From: an uncultured Chloroflexia bacterium
Lineage (GTDB): Bacteria > Chloroflexota > Limnocylindria > Limnocylindrales > CSP1-4
Assembly: GCA_963766735.1 (NCBI GenBank)
Contig: CAVYBU010000004.1
Location: forward strand, 1-64,000
Direction: 5' to 3'
DNA: 64,000 nt
Part shown: positions 18,370 to 28,897 of the stretch, piece after piece
Position numbering within the stretch: the stretch's first letter is position 1
Layout: every line of letters starts with the position of its first letter
Notes under the pieces: generated by a model
What the model was told of the DNA's origin: nothing
Databases searched by the model: none
What the model saw: only the letters and a program-made list of their open reading frames with translations
Program-made: the position numbers and the translations under genes

Positions 18370-19761
18370 TCAATGCGACGCGATGCGCTCGGCCAGGCTG
18401 CGCCCGGACGGGGGCTGCCCGGTTCGCTCGGCCTTCTCGTCCACCCGGCCGATGGCCCACTGCGAGTAGCGCACCCCCAGCCATCGGAACGGCTCGATCT
18501 CCCAGTTGCGGGATTGGTGGTTGACCAGGGGCAGTTCCGTGATCGGACTGCGGGTCCCCGTGATCAGGTCGGCCAGGACGCGGCCGCCCAGGTTGGTCGT
18601 GGACACGCCGTGGCCGATGTACCCGCGCGAGGTGGCGATGCCCGAGGCCTCGTCGAACGCCATCGTCGGGTGCCAGTCGCGCGGCATCCCCAGGGGTCCG
18701 CCCCACTCGTGCGTGAAGCCCACGTCCCGCAGCACCGGGAACCACTCGCGCACGAACCCCTTGAGCTTCTCGTGGGTGGGCCCGTGCTGATCGTATGCGC
18801 GGCGGATCGGAGACCCGAAGCGGTACGGCGCCCCCCGGCCGCCGAACAGGATCCGGCCATCCTCGGTCCGCGACAGGTAGTCCACCGACATTCGCGTCGA
18901 CGCCACCACCTCCCTGTTCTCCCAGCCGATCTCCGCCCACTGGGCGTCGGTGACCGGTTCCGTGAGCACGATCAGCGACCAGAGCGGGAGCAGCTGACGG
19001 TGCAGACCGGGCAACTCGGAGAGGTACGCCTCTCCCGCAAGCACGACAACCGGAGCCCGGACCTCGCCACGGGGCGTGACGAGCGCGGCGCGGCCGCTCG
19101 AGTCCTTCGGACGGAAGCTCGTGACGGCCGTCCCCTCCGCGATCCGGACGCCATCCTGCTCCACGTGCCGCGCGAGCCCGCGAACGGCGCGGCCCGGGTG
19201 GATGACGGCGGCGTCCTCCGACGCGATGGCCTGCACCGCGCCCGCAACGCGGATCCGCTCCGAGAGCTGCGCCGCATCGAGCATCCGGTAGCGGTCCCCG
19301 AAGCCGAAATGCTCGTACTCCGCGAGCGAGGACTCGAGTGCCGGGATGCCCTGCGGCCCGCGCGCGAGGATCAACTCGCCACCCTTGTGGAAGCCGGCGT
19401 CGATGCCGGCCTCCGCGCACGCCCGTCCCATCTCGTCCACGGCGTCGTAGGTCGCCTGCTGCATGGCGCGGGCGGCATCCCTCCCGTGGACCTTCGCCAG
19501 GCGGGTCATCGAGATGTTCAGGTCCGGCGCGCACCAGGCGCCGTTCCGGCCGGATGCGCCGAACCCGGCGATCTCGCGTTCCACCACCACGATCTTCAGC
19601 GACGGGTCCCGGCGCTTCAGGTAGAAGGCAGTCCAGAGCCCGGTCATGCCGGCGCCCAGGATGGCCACGTCGGCGTCGGTGGTGCCGTCGATGCCCGGGC
19701 GCGGGGCGAGGTCGTCGCCGGAGGTTTCGAGCCAGAAGGAGACGGATGCAGGGTTGGTCAT
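18370..19761 (-). CDS. FAD-dependent amine oxidoreductase (PuuB/OrdL-like)
   Basis: SFWL, DVAILGAGMTGLWTA, GFGASGRNG, WGGPLG, GYIGHGV, WEIEPFRWLG. Confidence 0.88.
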   Translation of the reverse strand: MTNPASVSFWLETSGDDLAPRPGIDGTTDADVAILGAGMTGLWTAFYLKRRDPSLKIVVVEREIAGFGASGRNGAWCAPDLNISMTRLAKVHGRDAARAMQQATYDAVDEMGRACAEAGIDAGFHKGGELILARGPQGIPALESSLAEYEHFGFGDRYRMLDAAQLSERIRVAGAVQAIASEDAAVIHPGRAVRGLARHVEQDGVRIAEGTAVTSFRPKDSSGRAALVTPRGEVRAPVVVLAGEAYLSELPGLHRQLLPLWSLIVLTEPVTDAQWAEIGWENREVVASTRMSVDYLSRTEDGRILFGGRGAPYRFGSPIRRAYDQHGPTHEKLKGFVREWFPVLRDVGFTHEWGGPLGMPRDWHPTMAFDEASGIATSRGYIGHGVSTTNLGGRVLADLITGTRSPITELPLVNHQSRNWEIEPFRWLGVRYSQWAIGRVDEKAERTGQPPSGRSLAERIASH

Positions 19762-19856
19762 GCCGTGGATCCTACGCGCTGACCGCGCCCGTCGGGCGGC
19801 CGTTGCGGGCCGGGCAACAGGACGCGCTCCGAGATGTCGGGGCACGACCAGGTGCC

Positions 19857-19915
19857 GTGACGCACCGCGGCGTGGTGCGCGATGGCGCCGTGCGGTGCGG
19901 TGACGCACCGCGGCG
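19857..19915. repeat. 16-bp direct repeat gtgacgcaccgcggcg, 2 copies
   Basis: Copies at 19857-19872 and 19900-19915 in a divergent intergenic region. Confidence 0.8.
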
Positions 19916-19971
19916 CGATGAGGCCGGCCGGGGTAGGGTTGTCGTGACCACCCAGCCCGAGGTACGCCGCC

Positions 19972-20334
19972 ATGTCCGCACCGACCACCCTCGCCGAGCT
20001 GTTCCGCTCGCTCGGGCTCATCCTCACGGTCCGCGTCGCCGAGGACGAGGACGAGGCGTGGGCGTGCACGCTCACCAGGCCGGATGGCGCCATCCACGAG
20101 GTCGAGTCCGTCACCTTCTTCGACGTTGACCCCGACACGGGCGAGGAGTGGGTCGTGGAGCCGACACCGTCACGCGTCCTGAGCGTGCTCGCGGGCGGGG
20201 ACGCCGAGCTCGAGGACGGGGCGGAAGCGGACGAGGCCGCCGCTCTCGCCGACACCGAGGCAGCCGCCCGGGCGTTCCTCGGTGACGAGGCCTACGAGAC
20301 GCTGCTCCGCCTGGACGCTGAGGGGCTGGAGTAG
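19972..20334 (+). CDS. Acidic hypothetical protein
   Basis: 120-aa ORF with host-like codon bias and an RBS-like gagg. Confidence 0.6.
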   Translation: MSAPTTLAELFRSLGLILTVRVAEDEDEAWACTLTRPDGAIHEVESVTFFDVDPDTGEEWVVEPTPSRVLSVLAGGDAELEDGAEADEAAALADTEAAARAFLGDEAYETLLRLDAEGLE

Positions 20335-20353
20335 TCGCTCCGGCCTGCCAGGT

Positions 20354-20638
20354 TCAGACGACAACGCCGATCGCCGCGGCCAGCTCATCGTTCGACGGCT
20401 CCACCAGCACGGCTCCGCCCGGGATCAGCACGACCGGGATGGCGAGGTAGCCCGCTGCCTTGAGCATTGCCCTGACGCCCGCCTCGGCTGCCGTGTCCAC
20501 CCACACGTATGGCGTACCGGTCTGGTCGAGGAACCGCTTCGCGCGGCGGCAGTCTCCGCACCAGTCGGCGCCGTAGACGGTGAGCCGCTCGACGAGTGGG
20601 AGGGCGGCGGGAACGGGCTGGGGCACATCCGCGCTCAT
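20354..20638 (-). CDS. Glutaredoxin/mycoredoxin-like redoxin
   Basis: VYGADWCGDCRRAKRFL...IPVV..PGG..LVEPS. Confidence 0.85.
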   Translation of the reverse strand: MSADVPQPVPAALPLVERLTVYGADWCGDCRRAKRFLDQTGTPYVWVDTAAEAGVRAMLKAAGYLAIPVVLIPGGAVLVEPSNDELAAAIGVVV

Positions 20639-20648
20639 CGGCACATTG

Positions 20649-21029
20649 TCAGGCAGGCTGGGGTGTCCGTGCGGCGGGCTGTGCGCGTCTCGCCGGGGCG
20701 ACTGCTCGCGGGCGGGAGGTAGCCCGGGTTCCGGGGGCCAGCCCCCCGGCAAGCGCCCCGAACCGGGCCACCGCATCAGGGCTCAGGCTGTAGTGGACCC
20801 AGCTGCCCCGGCGCTCGGAGGTCACCCACCCCGCCTCGCGGAGCACCCGGAGGTGGTGCGAGACGGTGGGCTGCGCAACGTTGCAGCACGCGGTGAACTC
20901 GCAGGCACAGACGGCAGCCTTGCCGCTCAACTGGCGCAGGATCGCCAGGCGCGTCGGATCCGCGGCGGCCTGGAGCAGCCGGATGTCCGGGTCAGGGGCA
21001 GGCTTCTCCGGGTCGAGGGCACGCTTCAT
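20649..21029 (-). CDS. arsR: ArsR/SmtB repressor
   Basis: ADPTRLAIL...VCACEF...QPTVSHHLRVLREAG.V..ERRGSWVHY; TATGCT lies 7 nt before the ATG. Confidence 0.9.
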   Translation of the reverse strand: MKRALDPEKPAPDPDIRLLQAAADPTRLAILRQLSGKAAVCACEFTACCNVAQPTVSHHLRVLREAGWVTSERRGSWVHYSLSPDAVARFGALAGGLAPGTRATSRPRAVAPARRAQPAARTPQPA

Positions 21030-21040
21030 GACCGACAGCA

Positions 21041-21074
21041 TATTGACAACCATCGATATCGGCAAGTATCAATA
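21041..21074. promoter_or_regulatory. Probable ArsR operator region between divergent arsR and arsM
   Basis: tattgacaaccatcgatatcggcaagtatcaata: outer TATTGA/TCAATA inverted repeat enclosing two imperfect palindromes; AT-rich. Confidence 0.65.
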
Positions 21075-21124
21075 CCAACAGCACGCCGACGTCCGCCGCG
21101 CACACCACGACCCAGGGGCAACCG

Positions 21125-22021
21125 ATGACCGACCGGATCCACGAGACCGTCCGCGACTACTACGCGGCCGCCGCGCGCCAGGTGCTGGACACCCCCGTTC
21201 CCGAAGACTCGTGCGGGTCCGGCTGCGGGTGCGGCGAGACCGCGGAGCCCCTCGACCCCGATCGCATCGGGTTGTGGGGCCCGGAGCGCTACGCCACGCT
21301 GGAGCTGGCGGATCTGCCCGACGCGGCGGTCCTCGCCTCCCTGGGCTGCGGCAACCCCACGGCAGTCGCGGAGCTGCGCGAGGGCGAAACCGTCCTGGAC
21401 CTGGGCGCGGGCGGCGGGATCGATGTCCTCCTCTCCGCCAGGCGCGTCGGGGCGAGCGGGCGCGCGATCGGCGTGGACATGACGGACGAGATGCTCGAGC
21501 TTGCCCGGCGCAACGCTGCGCAGGCCGGCGCGACCAACGTGGAGTTCCTCAAGGGCACCATCGAGTCCCTCCCCGTGCCCGACGCGAGCATCGACGTCGT
21601 CATCAGCAACTGCGTCATCAACCTCGCGGCCGACAAGTCCGCCGTGTTCATGGAGATCGCGCGTGTCCTGCGGCCCGGCGGCCGGATGGGCGTGAGCGAC
21701 GTCGTCGCCGACGACGCCCTGACCGTCGTCGATCGACAGGAGCGAGGCTCGTACGCGAACTGCATCGCCGGCGCGCTCTCCTTCCGCGAGTATGCAGACG
21801 GCCTGGCCGGTGCCGGGCTCACCGGCATCGAGATCGAGGCCACGCATGCCGTGACCGACGGCATGTACGGGGCGATCATCCGCGCCCGGCGCCCTGGCCT
21901 CGACGAGGCGTCTGAAGGCGGGACCGCGCCTCGCATCACGGCGGTCCCCGTCGCCGGCAAGGTCGCGCTCCCGATCGTCGAAGGTGACGGCAGCTGCTGT
22001 GGCGGAACCGGCTGCGGCTGA
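21125..22021 (+). CDS. arsM: Arsenite methyltransferase
   Basis: [31 protein letters not shown], Cys-rich termini. Confidence 0.92.
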   Translation: MTDRIHETVRDYYAAAARQVLDTPVPEDSCGSGCGCGETAEPLDPDRIGLWGPERYATLELADLPDAAVLASLGCGNPTAVAELREGETVLDLGAGGGIDVLLSARRVGASGRAIGVDMTDEMLELARRNAAQAGATNVEFLKGTIESLPVPDASIDVVISNCVINLAADKSAVFMEIARVLRPGGRMGVSDVVADDALTVVDRQERGSYANCIAGALSFREYADGLAGAGLTGIEIEATHAVTDGMYGAIIRARRPGLDEASEGGTAPRITAVPVAGKVALPIVEGDGSCCGGTGCG

Positions 22022-22502
22022 GCCGCGCTTGGATCGATCGCCAGGACCGGCCGTCGATGGGCCGACCGTGATGATCCGCGCGGCCACGGCCGCAGACGTG
22101 CCGGCCGTGGCCGCGCTGCTCCGGGACGCCGGCCTGCCGCTGGAAGGCGTGGACGATGCCTTCGCGCACGGCGTGGTCGCCGAGGCCGGTGGCGTGGTCC
22201 TGGGCGGGGCCGCCGTGGAGCGGTACGGGACCGATGGGCTGCTTCGCTCCGTGGTGGTCTCGCCGGCCTTGCGCGGCACCGGGGTGGGACGCGCCCTCGT
22301 GGCGGCGGCCGAGGCAACGGCCCGGGACCTGGACCTCGGGGACCTGTACCTGCTCACCGAGACCGCTGAGACGTGGTTCCCGCGCCTGGGCTACCAGGTC
22401 CTGGAACGCGCCGCGGCACCGGAGGGGATCGCCGGCTCCTGGGAGTTCCGGTTCGCCTGCGTGGAGCGCGGCATCCTGATGCGCCGGTCGCTCGCCCGCT
22501 GA
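21984..22502 (+). CDS. ArsN2-type GNAT acetyltransferase
   Basis: [23 protein letters not shown]...C; follows arsM. Start may be 22068 or 22071. Confidence 0.8.
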   Translation: MTAAAVAEPAAAEPRLDRSPGPAVDGPTVMIRAATAADVPAVAALLRDAGLPLEGVDDAFAHGVVAEAGGVVLGGAAVERYGTDGLLRSVVVSPALRGTGVGRALVAAAEATARDLDLGDLYLLTETAETWFPRLGYQVLERAAAPEGIAGSWEFRFACVERGILMRRSLAR

Positions 22503-22620
22503 TCTCGTGTCCTGTAGCCGCGCGGCCCTCGTCCTCGCACGCCGCCGGCAGCCCGAAACCCGGCTGGGCGTGTAGAGTCGCGCTGGCGTCTCCCACCGTC
22601 CACCGACGAGGTCCAGTCCC

Positions 22621-23829
22621 GTGCCCCTGCCGTCGCTCGCCCGCATCCCCGCCCCGCCCGATCCGATCCTCGGCCTGGCCGAGACGTTCCGGAACGACAC
22701 CCGCGAGGGCAAGATCAACCTCTCCTCGGGCGTCTTCGTGGACGAGACCGGCAGGACGCCGGTGCTCGGGACCGTCATCGAGGCCGAGCGCCGGCTCGCC
22801 GCGGCCGCCGGGACGAAGCTCTACCGGCCCATCGATGGCGAGGTTGCCTACCGGGATCTCGTTCGGAACCTCGTCCTGGGCGCCGACCACGAGGCGGTGA
22901 CCTCCGGACGAGCGCTGGTGACCCAGACCCCGGGCGGTACGGGCGGCCTGCGAGTCGCGGCGGACCTGCTCCGCCAGACCGGCGCCGGCGAGACGCTCTG
23001 GATGAGCGAGCCCACCTGGCCCAACCACCCGCAGCTGTTCCAGGCGGCGGGGTTCAGGATCCGGCCCTACCCGTACACGGACGCGACAGGGCGCCGGATC
23101 GACGAGAACGCGATGCTCGGGGCCCTGGGCCAGGCGTCGCCGGGCGACATCGTCCTGCTCCATGGCGCCTGCCACAACCCGACCGGCGTCGACCCGTCTC
23201 CGGGACTCTGGAAGCAGATCGGCGACCTGGTGGAGGAACGCCGCCTGCTGCCGCTGGTGGATCTCGCCTACCAGGGCTTTGGCGACGGCCTGCGCGAGGA
23301 CGCAGAGGGCCTGATGGAGCTCGTGCGACCGGGCGCGGAGCTGCTCGTCTCGACGTCGTTCAGCAAGACCTTCTCGCTCTACGCCGAGCGCGTGGGCGCG
23401 ATGATGGTCATCGCCGGCTCCGCCGCGGACGCCGCATCGATCCAGAGCCACGTCAAGATCGCGATCCGGGTCAACTACTCCAACCCGCCCGCCCACGGCG
23501 CCGACATCGTCCGCACGATCCTCGCCGACGCGGAGCTCAGGCCCCGCTGGGAGGTGGAGCTGGCCACGATGCGCAACCGGATCAAGGACAACCGGCGGGC
23601 GCTCGTGGCAGCCCTCGAGGCACGGGCCATTCCCGGCGACTGGGGCGGCATCGCGACGCAGCGAGGGATGTTCGCGCTGCTCGGTCTCACCCTGGCCCAG
23701 GTCGCGCGTCTCCGGGACGAGCACGGCGTCTACGTGGTGGGCAAGGGCCGCATCAACGTGGCCGGCTTCACGTCCGCGAACCTGGACCCATTCGCAGACG
23801 CGCTGGCGGCGGTGGTCGCCTCCTCGTAG
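22621..23829 (+). CDS. Aspartate/aromatic amino acid aminotransferase (AspC/TyrB family)
   Basis: PPDPILGL, QTPGGTG, PTWPNH, HGACHNPTG, DLAYQGFG, SFSK...LY.ERVG. Confidence 0.92.
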   Translation: MPLPSLARIPAPPDPILGLAETFRNDTREGKINLSSGVFVDETGRTPVLGTVIEAERRLAAAAGTKLYRPIDGEVAYRDLVRNLVLGADHEAVTSGRALVTQTPGGTGGLRVAADLLRQTGAGETLWMSEPTWPNHPQLFQAAGFRIRPYPYTDATGRRIDENAMLGALGQASPGDIVLLHGACHNPTGVDPSPGLWKQIGDLVEERRLLPLVDLAYQGFGDGLREDAEGLMELVRPGAELLVSTSFSKTFSLYAERVGAMMVIAGSAADAASIQSHVKIAIRVNYSNPPAHGADIVRTILADAELRPRWEVELATMRNRIKDNRRALVAALEARAIPGDWGGIATQRGMFALLGLTLAQVARLRDEHGVYVVGKGRINVAGFTSANLDPFADALAAVVASS

Positions 23830-23862
23830 GGCGGGGCGACGGTCGAGATCGAGAACTTCGGG

Positions 23863-24745
23863 CTATCGCCGCCGCAGCGGATCCGTCACCCGCGCCCACG
23901 CCCGCGATCGCTCGTCGGGCGTCGTGAGCGGGATCACGCCCAGCAGCATCGACAGCGATCCATACCAGAGGGCCGGCAGGCAGAGCATCGTGCCCACGGG
24001 CACGGTCCAGCGCTGGTTCCGGAACGCGCCCCAGGCGATCAGCGCCACGCCGATCGGTCCGCGCACGATCAGCGGGATCGGGACCGCCGCCCAGGTCCCG
24101 CCCTTGCCGGTGTTCGCCTGGAGGAGATCGATCCAGGCCCGCCAGGCATCGGGCAGCACCAGGAACGACACGACCACCACGCCGGCCGTCGTCCCCAGCG
24201 CGATCGCCAGCTGCCGCCACTCCCGGCGCAGCGCGAACCACAGGAGTCCCACCCCGGGCGTGATCTTCGTCAGCAGCACGAACGCCCAGGTCCAGGGCCA
24301 GCGGAACCCGGCCACGATCGCCAGGGTCAGAAGCAGCGAGATGTTGCCGCCGGCGATCTCCATCGCCCCCACCACCATGCCCACGAGGAACAGCTCCGGG
24401 CCGGTCAGCAGGTACACGGCCCCGATCAGCAGCGCCGTCCACACCGCCACGAACGCCGGCCACGGGAGCTGGTTGAGCGGGTAGACGAGCTGCGCGAAGG
24501 CGGGCGAGTACGGGTAGGCACCGATGGTGTTCCAGTCGGACCGGCCTGCATACAGGTCCGAGAGGTTGAGCCCGAAATAGGACCGGGCGTCCTGCGCCGT
24601 GACCCAGCCCGCGAGCGGCTCCTTGACGTCCACCGTCGGGATCCGCCATGGCGATGGTCACGACCCAGAACAGGACCGCGACCGCGATCCCCGCGATGTG
24701 GCGGAGTCGGGGGCGAGGCGTGTGCCGGACGACGGGCGCGTTCAC
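23863..24745 (-). CDS. Glycosyltransferase family 87 protein (frameshift near 24638)
   Basis: DARSYF, YPYSPAFAQ, LTKITPG. The N-terminal TM helix lies in another frame starting at GTG 24745. Confidence 0.75.
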
Positions 24746-24869
24746 GCCATCCATTGTCGAGGATGGTGTCCCTGCCCGCGCCACCCCCGGCCACGCGACA
24801 CGATCGACCGCGCACCGCCGGCGTCGCACCGCGTCCGACCGGGCCCCGGGCTGCCGTACCATCCGGGCC

Positions 24870-25784
24870 ATGATGAAGATCGGCATGCTGCTCCCGATGA
24901 ACGACGCCGACGGACCCGGCGCGTCCACGTGGTCACAGGTCCGGAGCCTCGCGCGCATGGCCGAGGATGGCGGCCTGGACAGCGTCTGGGTCTACGACCA
25001 CCTGATCTTCCGCTTCCCGGAGCAACCCGAGGACGGCATCCTCGAGGCCTGGACGCTGCTGACGGCCACAGCCGCCGTCACCGAGCGCGTGGAGCTGGGG
25101 ACGATCGTGCTGGGCACGGGCTTCCGGCCGCCTGCCCTCCTCGCCAAGATGGCCGCCACGCTGGACGAGGTTGCGAACGGACGCCTGATCCTGGGCCTGG
25201 GCACGGGCTGGCACGAGCCGGAGTACGACGCGTTCGGCTACCCGTTCGACCATCGGGTCGGCCGGTTCGAGGAGGCCCTGGCCATCATCGGACCGCTGCT
25301 CCGCGGCGAGCGGGTCACGTTCCACGGACGGTGGCACGACGTCGAAGACGCGGTGCTGATCCCGCCCCCGCCGCGCCCGGCGCGCCTTCCGGGCCGGATG
25401 CCCGTCCTGATCGCGGCCAAGGGCGAACGTGCCCTGCGGCTGGTGGCCCGGCATGCCGACGCGTGGAACGCCGCCTGGTTCGGACTCCCGAACGAGCGGT
25501 TCGAGCAGCGGCGCGCGGACCTGCTCACCGCCTGTGCGGCGGAGGGGCGCGACCCGGCCACGCTGGAGGTGACGGTGGGCCTGACGATCGACAGTGAGAC
25601 GGGTGACTCCGGGCGGCCCACGTCGGCCGATGCCCTCCCCGCAGACGTGGACGCGGTGGCGCAGGCGTTTGACGCCTGGCGCGACCTCGGAGTCGGGCAC
25701 CTGCAGGTGGACCTGCGACCGGCCGACGAGCGGATGGTCGGCGTCCTGATCGCAGCCCGGGCGAAGCACCTCGGCGGGCGCTGA
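24870..25784 (+). CDS. LLM-class flavin-dependent oxidoreductase
   Basis: DSVWVYDH, LEAWTLL, LAKMAATLD, GRLILGLGTGW.E.EY. Confidence 0.9.
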   Translation: MMKIGMLLPMNDADGPGASTWSQVRSLARMAEDGGLDSVWVYDHLIFRFPEQPEDGILEAWTLLTATAAVTERVELGTIVLGTGFRPPALLAKMAATLDEVANGRLILGLGTGWHEPEYDAFGYPFDHRVGRFEEALAIIGPLLRGERVTFHGRWHDVEDAVLIPPPPRPARLPGRMPVLIAAKGERALRLVARHADAWNAAWFGLPNERFEQRRADLLTACAAEGRDPATLEVTVGLTIDSETGDSGRPTSADALPADVDAVAQAFDAWRDLGVGHLQVDLRPADERMVGVLIAARAKHLGGR

Positions 25785-25785
25785 G

Positions 25786-26583
25786 TTGGCCGGGAACGAC
25801 AGCGTCGACGCCGAGGACCTGCCGGAGCACGTTGCCGCCAACCGCGCGGCGTGGGACGGGTTCGCTCACGAGTACGTTGCAGCGGGCGAGCGCGAGTGGG
25901 CACGAGCGCCGGGCGAAGAGACCTGGGGCCTGTTCGGCATCCCGGAGGCACAGCTGGGCATGCTCCCCGACGACCTGGCCGGTCTCGACGCGATCGAGCT
26001 CGGGTGCGGGACGGGCTACGTCTCCGCGTGGATGGCCCGCCGCGGCGCCCGCGTTGTCGGCGTCGACAACTCACCCCGGCAGCTGGAGACGGCCGCGCGC
26101 CTCCAGCAGGAGCACGCCATCTCGTTTCCCCTCCACCTCGGCAACGCGGAGCGCATGCCCTTCGCCGATGCGTCGTTCGATTTCGCGATCAGCGAATACG
26201 GTGCGGTCCTGTGGGCCGATCCGGAGGCATGGATCCCGGAGGCCGCGCGCATCCTTCGCCCGGGCGGCCGGCTGCACGTCCTGACCAATCACGTCCTGAC
26301 CTATCTCGCCAGCCCTGACGACCCGGATGCACCCGTGGAGGATCGCCTCCTGCGCCCCCAGTTCGGCATGGGCCGCACGAGCTGGGCAGGCGAGACCAGC
26401 ATCGAGTTCCACCCGACGCACGGCGACTGGATCCGCCTCTTCACCGCGAACGGGTTCGCGATCCGGGAGCTGCTGGAACCGCAGGCGCCGGAGGGGCTGT
26501 CCACCACCTACGCGTGGATGACGTACGCGTGGGCCCGCCGGTGGCCGTGCGAGGAGATCTGGAAGGTCCGCAAGAGCGGGTAG
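25786..26583 (+). CDS. Class I SAM-dependent methyltransferase
   Basis: ELGCGTGY, VGVD, SFDFAISEYGA, LRPGG. Confidence 0.88.
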   Translation: MAGNDSVDAEDLPEHVAANRAAWDGFAHEYVAAGEREWARAPGEETWGLFGIPEAQLGMLPDDLAGLDAIELGCGTGYVSAWMARRGARVVGVDNSPRQLETAARLQQEHAISFPLHLGNAERMPFADASFDFAISEYGAVLWADPEAWIPEAARILRPGGRLHVLTNHVLTYLASPDDPDAPVEDRLLRPQFGMGRTSWAGETSIEFHPTHGDWIRLFTANGFAIRELLEPQAPEGLSTTYAWMTYAWARRWPCEEIWKVRKSG

Positions 26584-26731
26584 CCGGGCAGGCCGCCTGG
26601 GATCGTGTCCGGAGCGGCAGCCAGGCGCGTAGCGTCCATGGCCGCGATTCATGTGGGCCTTGCATCGGGGACCCTCGGGCGGTCATCATGTGCTGCCTCA
26701 CGCCCTCGCCGACCCGTGGAGGATCGCCCGC

Positions 26732-27694
26732 ATGCCCGAGGAGCCCAACGCGCCGGTGGTCCTCGCCGCGCACGACCTGTGGAAGCGCTACGGCACCATC
26801 GAGGCCGTGCGGGGCGTCAGCCTCGAGATCCATGAGGGCGAGACCTACGGCCTCCTGGGCCCCAACGGTGCGGGCAAGACCACGACCATCTCGATGATCT
26901 GCGGGCTCCTCGCCCGGGATGGCGGGGAGGTCACGCTCGACGGGACGCCGGTCGATGTCGGCGCAGTAGCGGCCAAGGCCGCGATCGGGTTCGTGCCCCA
27001 GGACCTGGCGATCTACCCGGACCTGAGCGGCCGCGAGAACCTCGAGTTCTTCGGTCGCCTGTACGGCCTCTCCGGCGCCCGCCTCAAGACCCGAATCGGC
27101 GAGGTGCTCGAGATTGTCGGCCTGTCGGCCCGAGCGGGTGACCGGACCGACAAGTACAGCGGCGGCATGCAGCGGCGCCTCAACATCGGCATCGGCCTGC
27201 TCCACCAGCCCCGCCTGCTGCTCCTCGACGAGCCGACGGTGGGCGTGGACCCGCAGAGCCGGAACGCGATCCTGGAGAGCATTGCTGCCCTCGGCAAGCA
27301 GGGCATGGCCATCCTGTACACGACCCACTACATGGAGGAGGCCGAACGCCTCTGCGATCGGGTGGGCATCATCGACGCCGGTGAGATCCGCGCCGAGGGG
27401 ACACAGCGGGAGCTCGTGGCCCTGATCGGCGAGCAGGACACCGTGCGCCTGACCGTCACCGGAGACGTCGCGGCGGCGGCAACCGACGTTGCGAAGGTGC
27501 CCGGCGTCGTGCGTGCGGACGCGAAGGACACCACCATCGAGATCCTCGTGTCGGACGCACGGCAGGCGCTGCCGAGGCTCATCGCTGCGGCCGAGGTCAA
27601 GGCGGACGTCAAGGGCGTGGACGTCGTGGAGCCGGACCTCGAGGCGGTCTTCCTCCACCTCACCGGTCGCGCCCTCCGGGACACGGCCGAGTAG
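26732..27694 (+). CDS. ABC-2 exporter ATP-binding subunit (LnrL-like)
   Basis: GPNGAGKT, YSGGM, LLLDEPTVGVDPQSR. Confidence 0.92.
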   Translation: MPEEPNAPVVLAAHDLWKRYGTIEAVRGVSLEIHEGETYGLLGPNGAGKTTTISMICGLLARDGGEVTLDGTPVDVGAVAAKAAIGFVPQDLAIYPDLSGRENLEFFGRLYGLSGARLKTRIGEVLEIVGLSARAGDRTDKYSGGMQRRLNIGIGLLHQPRLLLLDEPTVGVDPQSRNAILESIAALGKQGMAILYTTHYMEEAERLCDRVGIIDAGEIRAEGTQRELVALIGEQDTVRLTVTGDVAAAATDVAKVPGVVRADAKDTTIEILVSDARQALPRLIAAAEVKADVKGVDVVEPDLEAVFLHLTGRALRDTAE

Positions 27695-27706
27695 CCGGGA
27701 CCTCCG

Positions 27707-28897
27707 ATGCGAACGGCGCTGCTCATCGCGGCCAAGGACCTGCGGCAGCGGCTGCGGGACCGCTCGATCATCATGTTCGCCGTCGCCGCCCCGCTGGGGC
27801 TCGCGTTCATCTTCAGCCTGCTGCTTGGCGGGGCGTCCAGCTTCCATGCTGACTACGTGGTCGTGGACCTCGATGGAGGATCGCTGGCGACCACTTTCAG
27901 CGAACAGGTGCTCGGAGGGCTCGAGGACGCAGGCGTCGCGACGATCGAGACCCGGGCGACCGAGGCCGACGCGCGCCAGGCCGTCGAGCTGGCGGACGCG
28001 GAGGGCTGGAAGGCGGACGCCGCCTTCGTCATCCCGATCGGCTTCTCGGAGGCGATCGCCGCCGGTCAGCCCACGTCCATCCTGATCCTGGGCGCGAAGG
28101 ATGCCGAACTCGGCACCGAGATCGCACGCTCCGTGGCGGCACGGTTCGCCGACGGCGTCACGAGCGTCCAGCTCGCGGTGCTCACGCTCGGCGACCTGCG
28201 GGGAGCGGCGCCCGCCGGGGCCGAGATGGCGGCGATCGTGGCTGCCGCCCAGCAGCCGGCGATCACGCTCGTGGACACGGGCGCTGACCTTCGCCAGCTC
28301 TCCTGGACCACGTTCTTCTCGTCCGCGATGGCGGTCCTGTTCCTGTTCTTCGCCGTCCAGTCCGGGATGCTCAGCCTGTTCGAGGAGCGGCGACAGGGAA
28401 CGCTCGCGCGCATGCTCTCGGGGCCCATCCGTCCCGGGACGATCCTGGCAGGCAAGGCGCTCGGGAGCTTCCTGACCGGGGTGGCATCGCTGTTCGTCCT
28501 GATCGTCGCCACGACGCTGATGCTGGGCGCGGACTGGGGGCCGCCACCGGGCGTGGCGCTGATCGTGATCGCGGCGGTGACCAGCGCGATCGGGATCACG
28601 ACGCTGGTGACGTCGTTCATGAAGACCGCGGACGGGGCTGGCGCCGCGAATGCCGCGGTGGCGATGACGCTCGGGATCCTGGGTGGGACGTTCTCGCCCA
28701 CCGCCCAGGCGCCGGAGGCGATGCAGGCGCTGAGCCTGGTGACGCCCCACGCCTGGTTCCTGCGCGGCCTGGCCGAGATGCAGGGCGGCGGGACCATCGC
28801 GGACGCACTGCCCGCGGTCGCGGTGCTGCTGGCCGTGGGCCTGGTGACCGGCACGATCGGGTTCGCCCGGGCGCGACGCCTGGTGGCCCCGCGATGA
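27707..28897 (+). CDS. ABC-2 exporter permease
   Basis: N-terminal TM, extracellular domain, ERRQGTL.R, C-terminal TMs. Confidence 0.88.
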   Translation: MRTALLIAAKDLRQRLRDRSIIMFAVAAPLGLAFIFSLLLGGASSFHADYVVVDLDGGSLATTFSEQVLGGLEDAGVATIETRATEADARQAVELADAEGWKADAAFVIPIGFSEAIAAGQPTSILILGAKDAELGTEIARSVAARFADGVTSVQLAVLTLGDLRGAAPAGAEMAAIVAAAQQPAITLVDTGADLRQLSWTTFFSSAMAVLFLFFAVQSGMLSLFEERRQGTLARMLSGPIRPGTILAGKALGSFLTGVASLFVLIVATTLMLGADWGPPPGVALIVIAAVTSAIGITTLVTSFMKTADGAGAANAAVAMTLGILGGTFSPTAQAPEAMQALSLVTPHAWFLRGLAEMQGGGTIADALPAVAVLLAVGLVTGTIGFARARRLVAPR

